From: Polyangiaceae bacterium
GTDB lineage: Bacteria; Myxococcota_A; Polyangia; Polyangiales; Polyangiaceae
Direction: 5' to 3'
Assembly: GCA_965222375.1 (NCBI GenBank)
Contig: CBDCTZ010000016.1
Location: 1,856,001 to 1,920,000 of the forward strand
DNA length: 64,000 nt
Part shown: piece after piece, positions 29,396 to 37,784 of the stretch
Position numbering within the stretch: the stretch's first letter is position 1
Layout of the letters: every line of letters starts with the position of its first letter
Program-made: the position numbers and the translations under genes
Notes under the pieces: model-generated
Databases searched by the model: none
Told to the model about the DNA's origin: nothing
The model's input: only the letters and a program-made list of their open reading frames with translations

Positions 29396-29545
29396 GGCGT
29401 AGGTCGAAAGCCCACCTGGGATGTGCTCGGGCCCTCCCGGGCCTGCGCGACCTCATGTCCCCGCCGTGGGGCTCTTGACCACGGAACTGCCGTGCGAAGC
29501 GGTCCGGGTCTGGCGCGCCGGAGCGAATCCCTCCCTCTTCGCAAC
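29396..29545 (+). repeat. Degenerate copy of the tRNA-Ser 3' half with a ~100-nt insert at the T-loop
   Basis: GGCGTAGGTCGAAAGCCCACC resembles the variable arm; CGAATCCCTCCCTCTTCGCAAC (29524-29545) matches 29721-29742 at 21/22. Confidence 0.75.
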
Positions 29546-29605
29546 ACAGGACGGACGCAGGTTCAGCATGGAAAGCGTGCTGAGCGGTAGGCAAGGCCAA
29601 TTGTC

Positions 29606-29633
29606 TTGACGAAGCTGGTGGGACGGGTAGCTT
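29606..29633 (+). promoter_or_regulatory. Sigma70-like promoter for the tRNA
   Basis: TTGACG-N16-TAGCTT, 17 nt upstream of the tRNA. Confidence 0.55.
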
Positions 29634-29650
29634 TCGGCGTCCGTCAACTG

Positions 29651-29738
29651 GGAGAGGTGACCGAGTGGCCGAAGGTACCCGCTTGCTAAGCGGGCGTAGG
29701 TCAAAAGCCTACCGAGGGTTCGAATCCCTCCCTCTCCG
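29651..29738 (+). tRNA. tRNA-Ser (anticodon GCT), CCA not encoded
   Basis: GGAGAGG/CCTCTCC acceptor stem, CCCGC-TT-GCT-AA-GCGGG anticodon arm, long variable arm, GGGTTCGAATCCC T-arm, G discriminator. Confidence 0.96.
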
Positions 29739-29844
29739 CAACTCAATGTGCGAGCAACGTGCGGGCACCGAGGGTGTGCTCGGTCCTGCGGGCCTGCGCG
29801 ACCTGATGTCACAAGGCTAGGGCAGGCAAAGCAGAGCTACCAAG

Positions 29845-30036
29845 CGAACCGACGATGGGCTGATAGGGAGAAGGGTTGTTCCCGCACGGTAGCCACAAAG
29901 GTCCCAGGGCGGGTTGGCAACTTGTTCGGCCCACTGCAGATGTCAGTTGCGCGAAATGTGTACGGCGCCCACCCATCGGGCGGGAACACTGTGTCGGGCA
30001 ACGGCGATGCTGAGTTGCGGAGTTTGCGCCGGCGAC
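29845..30036 (+). repeat. ~195-bp element, left copy (inverted relative to 31948-32137)
   Basis: Shared blocks GGCTGATAGGG, TCCCAGGG, GGCAACTTGTTCGGCCCA, TGTACGG, GCGATGCTGAGTTGC, GCGCCGGCGAC. Confidence 0.85.
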
Positions 30037-30382
30037 GGGGTTGAATCCGACCGGAAGGGGCTTCGATGCGGGCGGGCCTTGGGGGGCCCGCCACATCTGC
30101 ATCTCCGCCGGGGCGCCGGCGCCAAAGTTGTCAGAGAAGGATCGAGAAGTGCGTGCGCGAGTGACGAAGAGTTTCCACGCTTGTGACGCACTTTGTGCTT
30201 GACGGGTTTCTGGGCGACGTCGTTTGAGTTTTCGAGACTAGCGATTCAAGTGCGCGGTGCGCACGCGAGATTGAAGCCCAAGGGCGCTTCGACTTCGAAA
30301 CGACTTCGCCGGTAGCCGCATCGCCGAAACGCCAACTGCGGGCCAGCGGTGAAGGTAATTATCCCCGTGTTACGAAAGAAAC

Positions 30383-31723
30383 ATGGACACTCTCGACTCT
30401 CTCAGCAACGAACAACTCCTCACGCGGCTGCCGGTGCTCTGCTCCGAAGAGCGACGGGCGACCGCTGAGGTCATCGTGTATTTGGCGGAGGTCGAGCGTC
30501 GAAAACTCTACCTCCAGGAGGCCTGTTCCTCGCTGTTTGCGTTCTGCGTCGAGCGGCTTGGCTACTCGGAGCAAGCTGCCCTGAAGCGAATGCGCGTAGC
30601 TCGCCTCTACCTGGAGCTGCCGCAGATCCTCGACGAGCTGAAAAGCGGAGCAATTCACCTGACCGGGCTCTTCCTGCTCTCGGGTCATCTAACCGAAGAC
30701 AATGCGGAGTCGCTGCTGGCCGAGGCTCGCGGCAAGACCCGCCGTGAGCTCGAACTCGTGATTGCACGCTGGTTCCCGAGGCCTGATGTACTGGCCAGCA
30801 TCACGCCCCTCGGGGCGGAATCAACTCGTCCTGGGATCGGCGCAGTCGCCGCTAACCCCGCGAAGAAGGAAGTTTCCGCCGACGCGGCCGACGGACTTAC
30901 CTATCCTGGGACGAGCGATTGCCTCGACCTCGCCGGAACCGCGGGCGACGCTACCTATCCTGAGACGAGTGACTGCCTTGGCGCCGGTGAATCTCGCGGA
31001 AGCGGACGAAGTCAGCATCGAGTGAAGCCGCTCTCCGCGCAGAGCTACCGAGTCGAGTTCACCGCTAGCGCGGAGCTTCACGCGAAACTCGAACGCGCCC
31101 AGAACTTGCTCAGCCACGCGGTGGCGCCGGCGAACCTGGGAGAGCTCTTCGAGCGTGCGTTGGACGAGCTCATCGCGAAGGAGACCAAGCGCCGACAAGG
31201 CGTTGTGAGCGACAAGTCCCGCAAGCTCCGGTCGCTCAAAGAAGACTCTCGACACGTGCCCGTCTCGGTGGCTCGAGAGGTGTGGGAGCGCGACGAGTCC
31301 CGATGCACCTTTGTCGACGCGCACGGACGGCGCTGCAGCGAGAAACGCTATGTGACCCTGGAACACGTGGACCCACACGCTCGCGGTGGTCCTCCCAGTG
31401 TCCACAATCTCTGTCTACTTTGCGGACCTCACAACCAAGACGCGGCCAGGCGCGAGTTCGGTGAGGACCACATCCGGCGCAAGCGGCGAGAGCGCGAAGC
31501 CTATTCGAAAGCGGGAAAGGTGCTGGTTGGCCTCGGATTCAAACGCAAGCAGGTCAACTCCGCACTGGACACGCTCCGAGAGCGCGGGATTGAACCCGAG
31601 GTCGAAGCGTTGTATCCCGTCAAGCAGATCGCACCGCACTCTGGTGCCACAGAGAAACCAGCTGAGTCGGGGGCTCACGCTGGGCCGCGCCGCGCTGTTG
31701 AGCAAGAACCTATCGCGCGGTGA
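30383..31723 (+). CDS. HNH endonuclease (DUF222-like myxobacterial family) with RuvA-C-like tail
   Basis: LSNEQLL...YLAEVERRKLY...SSLFAFCVERLG; RDESRCTF...RC...LEHVDPHARGG...NLCLLCGPHN; LVGLGFKRKQV. Confidence 0.88.
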   Translation: MDTLDSLSNEQLLTRLPVLCSEERRATAEVIVYLAEVERRKLYLQEACSSLFAFCVERLGYSEQAALKRMRVARLYLELPQILDELKSGAIHLTGLFLLSGHLTEDNAESLLAEARGKTRRELELVIARWFPRPDVLASITPLGAESTRPGIGAVAANPAKKEVSADAADGLTYPGTSDCLDLAGTAGDATYPETSDCLGAGESRGSGRSQHRVKPLSAQSYRVEFTASAELHAKLERAQNLLSHAVAPANLGELFERALDELIAKETKRRQGVVSDKSRKLRSLKEDSRHVPVSVAREVWERDESRCTFVDAHGRRCSEKRYVTLEHVDPHARGGPPSVHNLCLLCGPHNQDAARREFGEDHIRRKRREREAYSKAGKVLVGLGFKRKQVNSALDTLRERGIEPEVEALYPVKQIAPHSGATEKPAESGAHAGPRRAVEQEPIAR

Positions 31724-31752
31724 CCACAGGACTGACGCCGCAGCAAACGTAT

Positions 31753-31900
31753 GCAGAGCTTTGACTCGCGCAGCTCCCCTAGTCCAAGCCCCGAACGCGC
31801 TGCATGTGCCCTGACTCGCGCGGCTCCGATAGTGCAAGCCAGGGCGCGCAGCACATGCTTTGACTTGCGCAGCTCCCTTGGTGCAAGCCTCGGGCGCGCC
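31753..31900 (+). repeat. Three tandem 49-50-nt repeats
   Basis: Core TGACTYGCGCRGCTCCNNTRGTSCAAGCC at 31762, 31812 and 31861. Confidence 0.85.
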
Positions 31901-31947
31901 GCTCGCAGTTCGCGCTCTTTCACTCCCCACCAGATGAGACGACGCCA

Positions 31948-32137
31948 GTCGCCGGCGCGTTTTTCAGCAACTCAGCATCGCGGTCGTCCGACAAGTTGTC
32001 CACCCGGGGTGGGCCTCCGTACAAAAATCGAGCAACTAAATCAGCAATGGGCCGAACAAGTTGCCCTCCCACCCTGGGATTTCTGTGTGTGCAGATTGTT
32101 GAGGGCCTGTTGCCCTATCAGCCTTCCGTTGTTCGGC
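31948..32137 (-). repeat. ~195-bp element, right copy (inverted)
   Basis: Reverse complement is colinear with 29845-30036. Confidence 0.85.
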
Positions 32138-32333
32138 GGTGAGGTGCGCTTGTTACGTTGGAGCGCTTCCGGCAAACGCCGACAGCCGTGATTCGCCCAA
32201 CGTCCACAGGCTCGACTTCTGCGACGAACATCTACTTCCATAGGTCTTGGATAGGCAGCAAGACCTCCGTCTCCTCGCTCGCAAAACGCAAACCGAGGGT
32301 TCACGTCGGGTCGTCGCAGTGCGATGCTACGGC

Positions 32334-32639
32334 ATGGCTGACAAAAAGCCGCTGAACAAGAACCTAGTTGGCTTCATCGCCAGCGTGCTGGCGGTGATTC
32401 TGGCGCCGTTGCTGGGGCTTTTGTTCACGGTGTTGTTCGTGCAGGGTGCGTTCCGCGCCACGGCGACTGCGGATCCATCTGAAAAGGCGCGTTTGCTTGC
32501 CGAGGGGATATCCAACGCCATGAACGGGACCGCCTTTGGCCTGTTGCTGTCGTGTGTCGCTCTGATTCCGGCCGTCATCTTCGGCGTGCGCCTGTATCGG
32601 GATTCCAAGCGCGGCAAGACGGCTGCGGTGGGAGACTAG
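32334..32639 (+). CDS. Minimal MotA/TolQ/ExbB proton-channel-domain protein
   Basis: APLLGLLFTV...AF...LAEGISNAMNGTAFGL. Confidence 0.75.
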   Translation: MADKKPLNKNLVGFIASVLAVILAPLLGLLFTVLFVQGAFRATATADPSEKARLLAEGISNAMNGTAFGLLLSCVALIPAVIFGVRLYRDSKRGKTAAVGD

Positions 32640-32778
32640 GCTCAGAGGCTCTACACTGCAGGCTCCCGCAACCGCGGCGCGTTTCCGCACTGCGCGAGGT
32701 GCCGATGACGGCCATGGCCGGCACATCAACAAACCAACCACCCCAAGTCAGGTGAGTCGCGATGGGTGACAACTGGCT

Positions 32779-33282
32779 TCAGGGCGTTCCGCGTACGAGC
32801 AAGACACCGAGCGCCACTAGCGTGAGCGCGAGGAGCAGGTTGATTCGTGCGAAGAGGGATGCCCGGCGGCGCGCGTTCTGGGCCTCCGGGGAGCGCGGGT
32901 TCTTGGCGATGGCGTCGGTTGCCCTGGGGCCCATCACGAAGTCGTGCACGGCGCTCAGAATCAGCACGACAACGAAGATGCCGAGCTTGCTGAGGACAGT
33001 GTGTCCGGCCGGCGATGCGAGCCATTCGCTTCGTCCGAAGTCTGCCAACTTCACGCCACGGACCCAGAGGTTGAAGCTGCCGGTGACGAGCACGATCAGG
33101 AAACAGACCCAGGCCACGTTGCGAAAGCGCGTGCCGGTTTCTCGCAGAAAGGTGGCGGCGTCGACTCGACCTCCCCGCCTCAGCCACGGCACGACCACGA
33201 GGACCAAGAACAGCATGCCGCCGACCCACACCGTCGCAGCGATGATGTGCAGCCAAACGGAAACCAAATAGAGCGTATGCAT
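32779..33282 (-). CDS. CopD/DUF4149-like membrane protein
   Basis: WLHIIAA.VWVGGM.F, LVTG..NL, KL...HDF..GP. Confidence 0.75.
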   Translation of the reverse strand: MHTLYLVSVWLHIIAATVWVGGMLFLVLVVVPWLRRGGRVDAATFLRETGTRFRNVAWVCFLIVLVTGSFNLWVRGVKLADFGRSEWLASPAGHTVLSKLGIFVVVLILSAVHDFVMGPRATDAIAKNPRSPEAQNARRRASLFARINLLLALTLVALGVLLVRGTP

Positions 33283-33360
33283 TCGAAAGGGGACTCGAGC
33301 CGCGAGTCTAGTCCCCTCGAGGCGTCCACGCGGGGATGTTTGTGGGCAGGTGAAGGTGGA

Positions 33361-34245
33361 CTACTCGGCCTTGCGAACACTGACGATCGAAAAGGGGAAG
33401 CTCAGGCGCGCGAGGCCGTCGCCCACGTCCGTCTTTTCCAGCACTCGCAACCACTGGCTTCTGAGTTCCTGCTGGGTTTCCGGGCGTTGCAACTCGACGG
33501 AGTAGAAGAAGCCCATTAGCCGGTCACAGACCGTCGCCGCGGGCTCGGCGATCGCGAAGGTGTACTCCTCGATCGTGAATCCGTCGCTCAAACCGCCAGC
33601 GGCCAGCAGGCCTTGCAAGTCGGCGGCGTTGAACAAGCGCCGATCGCCCCAACCGGTGAAATGGGGTGCGTCTCGCCTCGTCAGTGGGCCGAAGACGTTC
33701 ATCAGCTCGGTGGCGCAGGCGTCGTCGCCGCCACTGAAGCTCCAATGGGCCGTGGCAAACACGCTACCTGGGCGCAGCACTCGGGCGATCTGCGCAATCA
33801 CCGCCTCCGTCGGCTCGAACAAGTAAAACGCATGATGAGTGAGCACCGCGTCGACGGAGGCGTCGGCCAGACCGACCCGGTCAGCGCGTTCCCTTCGCAG
33901 TTCCACTCCCTCGCCCAGCCGCTGGCGAGCGAGCTCTAGATCCGCAGCGCACAAGTCGACGCCCACGATGCGAGTCAGATCCGGTCGCCCTCGCTGCAGC
34001 GACTCGAGCAGCGGTCCGTTGCCCGCCCCAAGCTCCAACACAGCGCCCGCGTCGCGCGGCACGTAGTCGACTAAAAGCTCGTAGCCCGTCTTGCCCTGTG
34101 CCGTGGTCCACGCGCCTAGGGTCCGTTCGGTGATGCCTGGGCGCGCTTCGTGCAGGTCGACAATGTCGAGGCGCCTCTCATCAGCCGTTGGGGCCCGCGC
34201 TGCAGCCTTGATTCGAGCAAGTAGCTCTGCCACGCCGCGCAGCAT
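33361..34245 (-). CDS. Class I SAM-dependent methyltransferase
   Basis: VLELGAGNG, GVD, ADASVDAV, RVLRPG. Confidence 0.88.
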   Translation of the reverse strand: MLRGVAELLARIKAAARAPTADERRLDIVDLHEARPGITERTLGAWTTAQGKTGYELLVDYVPRDAGAVLELGAGNGPLLESLQRGRPDLTRIVGVDLCAADLELARQRLGEGVELRRERADRVGLADASVDAVLTHHAFYLFEPTEAVIAQIARVLRPGSVFATAHWSFSGGDDACATELMNVFGPLTRRDAPHFTGWGDRRLFNAADLQGLLAAGGLSDGFTIEEYTFAIAEPAATVCDRLMGFFYSVELQRPETQQELRSQWLRVLEKTDVGDGLARLSFPFSIVSVRKAE

Positions 34246-34396
34246 AAACCGTTTACAGCCACCGCGTTGAACGGTTCAGCAACCGTTCGGGGCGGCCCGC
34301 ACGTGCACAAAACCTTGCAGATCTGGGTTGGCGCAGCCGTTAAGCGCTTCGACCTGCGATCAGCTCGAGGATTGCGACAGCGGAAGTGGCGGAACG

Positions 34397-35125
34397 TCAG
34401 AACAAGAACGCGAGGGCAGTCAGGGCGACGACGATGGCTCCACCGGAACACACGGCGGCGACGATCAGTAGCCGCCGGTCTTCCGTGCTTCGCCGCATCG
34501 GGATGTAGGCGAATTCGTCCACGTAGAGTTCTTTGGAGTCGGACTGTTGCGCGGGATCTGCCCAGACCGACTCCTGGGCCTTGGCTTTGGCGGCCGCCTG
34601 AGACGTGGCTTCGGCGACTGCGCTGTCGGCGTTGCGTTCTGCAAACGCGGCGAGTCGCTCGCGGGCTTGCAGCGCCGGCATGATCTGCGCGTCGGACTCT
34701 TCTTCCGGTTCTTCACAGGGGTAGATGGGTTCGACACCGCTCGGTGGTGGAACGCTCCAGCGTTCTGGGTGGAAGGCATCCGAACACGGGGCGCTCTCGA
34801 CTTCCGCCGCCGTGCTCGATGTCTCGGGGGCGGGCAGAGGGGCGGCGGCGGCCTCGGAGTCCAGGTTGTTCAGGGCCAGGGATACGGAGGCCTCGACGTC
34901 GGAGAACCCAGCCGAATCCACCGGCTCGTCCAGGGGTTCGGGTGAAGCCGCTGGGGCCGAGGAGTAGACCGAGCGCAGGGTCGTAGATTTGAGCCGTTCG
35001 AAGTCCCGAGCGGCGTCGCGCTCAGCCTTGGTCGGCACGATTGCCGGCATGCCCACGATGGTGCCACCATCGCTGATGACGCGGGGCTGCGTCTCGGGTT
35101 CGGGGGTGGAGGTCGGAACTGGCAT
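34397..35125 (-). CDS. Hypothetical acidic protein with C-terminal TM anchor
   Basis: Low-complexity E/P/A composition, terminal hydrophobic helix. Confidence 0.65.
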   Translation of the reverse strand: MPVPTSTPEPETQPRVISDGGTIVGMPAIVPTKAERDAARDFERLKSTTLRSVYSSAPAASPEPLDEPVDSAGFSDVEASVSLALNNLDSEAAAAPLPAPETSSTAAEVESAPCSDAFHPERWSVPPPSGVEPIYPCEEPEEESDAQIMPALQARERLAAFAERNADSAVAEATSQAAAKAKAQESVWADPAQQSDSKELYVDEFAYIPMRRSTEDRRLLIVAAVCSGGAIVVALTALAFLF

Positions 35126-35263
35126 GGCGAACGTACTACGCAGTAGTTGCGCGTCGCCTTCCTCGAATTCACGCGGGTTTTGGGGCGTCCGGGAAAACTG
35201 CAGGCATTTCCATGGACTAGCAGGGACTGGTCGTTCCCGGGCGCCGGCCTCATACTCCTGGGC

Positions 35264-36223
35264 GTGTCGATTGGGACCCTATCTCGCCGGGATCTACTTC
35301 TGGCATCCGCAGCCGCGCCCGCTGCCTTGGCGGTGGGCTGTCAGAGCTCCGAGAACAAGCCGGCCAGCGCGACTGCTCAGGCCAACAAGATCCGAGAGGC
35401 TAGCTTGGTGGTGCCGGCTCAAGCCACGACCGATGGCGCTGGCGTCCGCCTGCGCCGCGCTCTGGGCGGTTCCGCGCTGCCGTTGCTGGACCCGTTCTTG
35501 ATGCTCGACGAGTTCCGCAGTGAGAGCGCGGACGACTACATCCGGGGTTTCCCCGACCACCCGCACCGCGGCTTCGAGACCGTGACCTACATGCTGCACG
35601 GCGCGATGGAGCACCGGGACAGCTTGAACAACCATGGCCGTCTCGGCCCGGGCAGTGTTCAGTGGATGACCGCCGGTCGCGGCATCATCCACTCGGAGAT
35701 GCCCAAACAGGTGAGTGGTTTGATGTGGGGCTATCAGCTGTGGGTCAACTTGCCCGCGAAGTTGAAGATGACCAAGCCTCGCTACCAGGACATCGCGCCC
35801 AAGGCCGTGCCCGAGCTGGACACTGGATCGGCGCGAGTCCGAGTGTTGGCGGGGCAGCTTGGCGGAACGGTGGGTCCGGTCAAGGACATCGTGACCCAAC
35901 CCCAGATGCTGGACGTACAGCTCAAGCCTGGCGGCAACTTCCGCCAAGACCTGCCGAGCAGTCACAACGCCTTTGCCTTCGTCGTCGATGGTGCGGTGGC
36001 ATTGGGCAGCTCAAAGCGGCTCGTGCAGCGGGGACGCTTGGCGGTACTGGGGCCCGGCGATGCGCTGTCGGCGACATCTCGTGGGGGCGGGCGCATGTTG
36101 CTCTTGGCGGGCAAACCCATTGGCGAGCCCGTTGCCCGCCGAGGTCCCTTTGTCATGAATACCGAAGAAGAACTACGCCGCGCCTTTGCCGACTACCGCA
36201 GCGGCAAGTTGGTTCAGGGCTGA
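35264..36223 (+). CDS. Pirin-family protein with Tat/lipoprotein signal
   Basis: DPFLMLD, HPHRGFETVTY, QWMTAGRGIIHSE, GPFVMN; SRRDLL and ALAVGC. Confidence 0.9.
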   Translation: MSIGTLSRRDLLLASAAAPAALAVGCQSSENKPASATAQANKIREASLVVPAQATTDGAGVRLRRALGGSALPLLDPFLMLDEFRSESADDYIRGFPDHPHRGFETVTYMLHGAMEHRDSLNNHGRLGPGSVQWMTAGRGIIHSEMPKQVSGLMWGYQLWVNLPAKLKMTKPRYQDIAPKAVPELDTGSARVRVLAGQLGGTVGPVKDIVTQPQMLDVQLKPGGNFRQDLPSSHNAFAFVVDGAVALGSSKRLVQRGRLAVLGPGDALSATSRGGGRMLLLAGKPIGEPVARRGPFVMNTEEELRRAFADYRSGKLVQG

Positions 36224-36306
36224 CGCGCTCGGACTTCCGGCGCGAAAAACCTGCGAGCTGCGGCACTCTTCGTGACGGTAGCTGGCGCGGGCACTAGATT
36301 GTATCC

Positions 36307-37731
36307 ATGCTCGCCCCGGACGAAGCGTTGCCCGAACTTTCCGCGGAGAAGCGTGACAAGGCGCGCCGACTGCTCGAGCAGGCTCTGGGGCCGAGCAAGG
36401 TCCTGACCGACCGTGACGCCTGCGAGCGGTATGGCATCGACGACAGCGAAGCCCCGGCGCGCACGCCTGAGGCTGTCGTGCTGGCGACGACGGCGGATGA
36501 CATCTTGGCCGCGCTGTCCGTGGCACGGCAGGCCGAAGTTCCGATTACGCCTCGGGCTGGTGGCACCGGGCGCACGGGCGGCGCCGTGCCCGTTCACGGC
36601 GGCATCGTGCTGGCGACCCAGGGGATGAATCAGATCAAGGAGATCGATCGCGAAGAGGGCGTTGCAGTAGTCGAGCCCGGCGTCGTGCTCGGCGACCTGC
36701 ACGCGGCCGTGGAGGCGGAAGGCTGGTTCTATCCGCCGGATCCGAACAGCTGGGAAACCTGCGCCATTGGCGGCAACGTGGCCGAGAACGCGGGAGGCCC
36801 GCGGGCGTTCAAATACGGGGTGACTCGACACTACGTCTTGGGGTTGGAAGCCTTCTTGATCGGCGGGCAGCGCTTGCAGGTGGGCCGCCGCACTCTGAAA
36901 GGCGTGACAGGTTACGACGTCACTGGGCTCTTGGTGGGCAGCGAGGGCACTCTTGCCGTGTTTGGAGACGTCACGCTGCGCCTGGTTCCGAAGCCCCCCG
37001 CCGTGATGACCCTGATGGCGTTGTTCCGGGATGTTCGAGACTCGGCCCGGGCCGTCGCGACCATGACCAGTCGGGGACTCGTGCCGCGCTGCATCGAGCT
37101 ATTGGACGGCCGCACCTTGGAAGCGATGCGCAAGGGCGGCAATGCGATCGACGAAAGCGCGGGTGCGATGCTGCTGATGGACGTCGACGGAGCGCCTCGG
37201 GATTGCGAAGAGCAAGCCGAGCGTGTGGCAGACGCCTGCAGCGCGGCGCTGGACGTGCTCGTGGCTCAGGATGCGTCGCAACGGGAAAAGCTGTGGAGCG
37301 CTCGGCGGGAGATGTCTCTTTCCATCCGACGCCTGGCGAAACACAAATTGTCCGAAGATGTCGTGGTGGGTCGACAGCGCGTGGTGGAGTTGCTCGACCG
37401 CGTGGACGCCATCAGCGAAGACAACCGCATCGAAAGCCTGACCTATGGCCACGCTGGCGACGGTAATTTGCATGTCAACTTCCTGTGGAACGACGACGAC
37501 GAACTGCCTCGGGTCAACGCTTGCATCAACCAGCTGTTCATGGCGGTCGTCGAGTTGGGTGGCACCTTGAGCGGCGAGCACGGCATCGGCGTGCTGAAAG
37601 CGCCCTATCTCGGCCTCGAGCAATCCGCGGAGCTGATTGCGCTGCAGCGAGATCTGAAGCGTGTGTTCGACCCCTCGGGCCTGCTCAACCCCGGCAAAGT
37701 CTTCCCGAACCCCAGCCACGGGGCCTGCTAA
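36307..37731 (+). CDS. glcD: FAD-linked oxidase, glycolate oxidase GlcD-like
   Basis: PR.GGTG..GGAVP, YPPDP, IGGNVAENAGGP, GHAGDGNLH, SGEHGIG, LNPGK. Confidence 0.85.
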   Translation: MLAPDEALPELSAEKRDKARRLLEQALGPSKVLTDRDACERYGIDDSEAPARTPEAVVLATTADDILAALSVARQAEVPITPRAGGTGRTGGAVPVHGGIVLATQGMNQIKEIDREEGVAVVEPGVVLGDLHAAVEAEGWFYPPDPNSWETCAIGGNVAENAGGPRAFKYGVTRHYVLGLEAFLIGGQRLQVGRRTLKGVTGYDVTGLLVGSEGTLAVFGDVTLRLVPKPPAVMTLMALFRDVRDSARAVATMTSRGLVPRCIELLDGRTLEAMRKGGNAIDESAGAMLLMDVDGAPRDCEEQAERVADACSAALDVLVAQDASQREKLWSARREMSLSIRRLAKHKLSEDVVVGRQRVVELLDRVDAISEDNRIESLTYGHAGDGNLHVNFLWNDDDELPRVNACINQLFMAVVELGGTLSGEHGIGVLKAPYLGLEQSAELIALQRDLKRVFDPSGLLNPGKVFPNPSHGAC

Positions 37732-37784
37732 ACGGGGTGATTCGCGTGAGGTGAGTTGGAAGCCGAGCCTGAGTTTTTGGGCTG

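Noticed and set aside
29651..29738. tRNA-Sec or tRNA-Leu
   Set aside because: Anticodon GCT, a 7-bp acceptor stem and a G discriminator indicate Ser
29748..30191. Short ORFs between the tRNA and the HNH gene
   Set aside because: They overlap the repeat element, and the second copy has a stop and non-triplet indels in the same frames
31753..31900. CRISPR array
   Set aside because: Only three degenerate units, linkers are similar to each other and short, and no cas genes are in the window
29845..32137. Integron with attC cassette array
   Set aside because: GCCGAAC...GTTCGGC ends are present, but I could not see a full attC hairpin with L boxes, the copies are inverted rather than direct, and no intI is present; kept only as an alternative hypothesis
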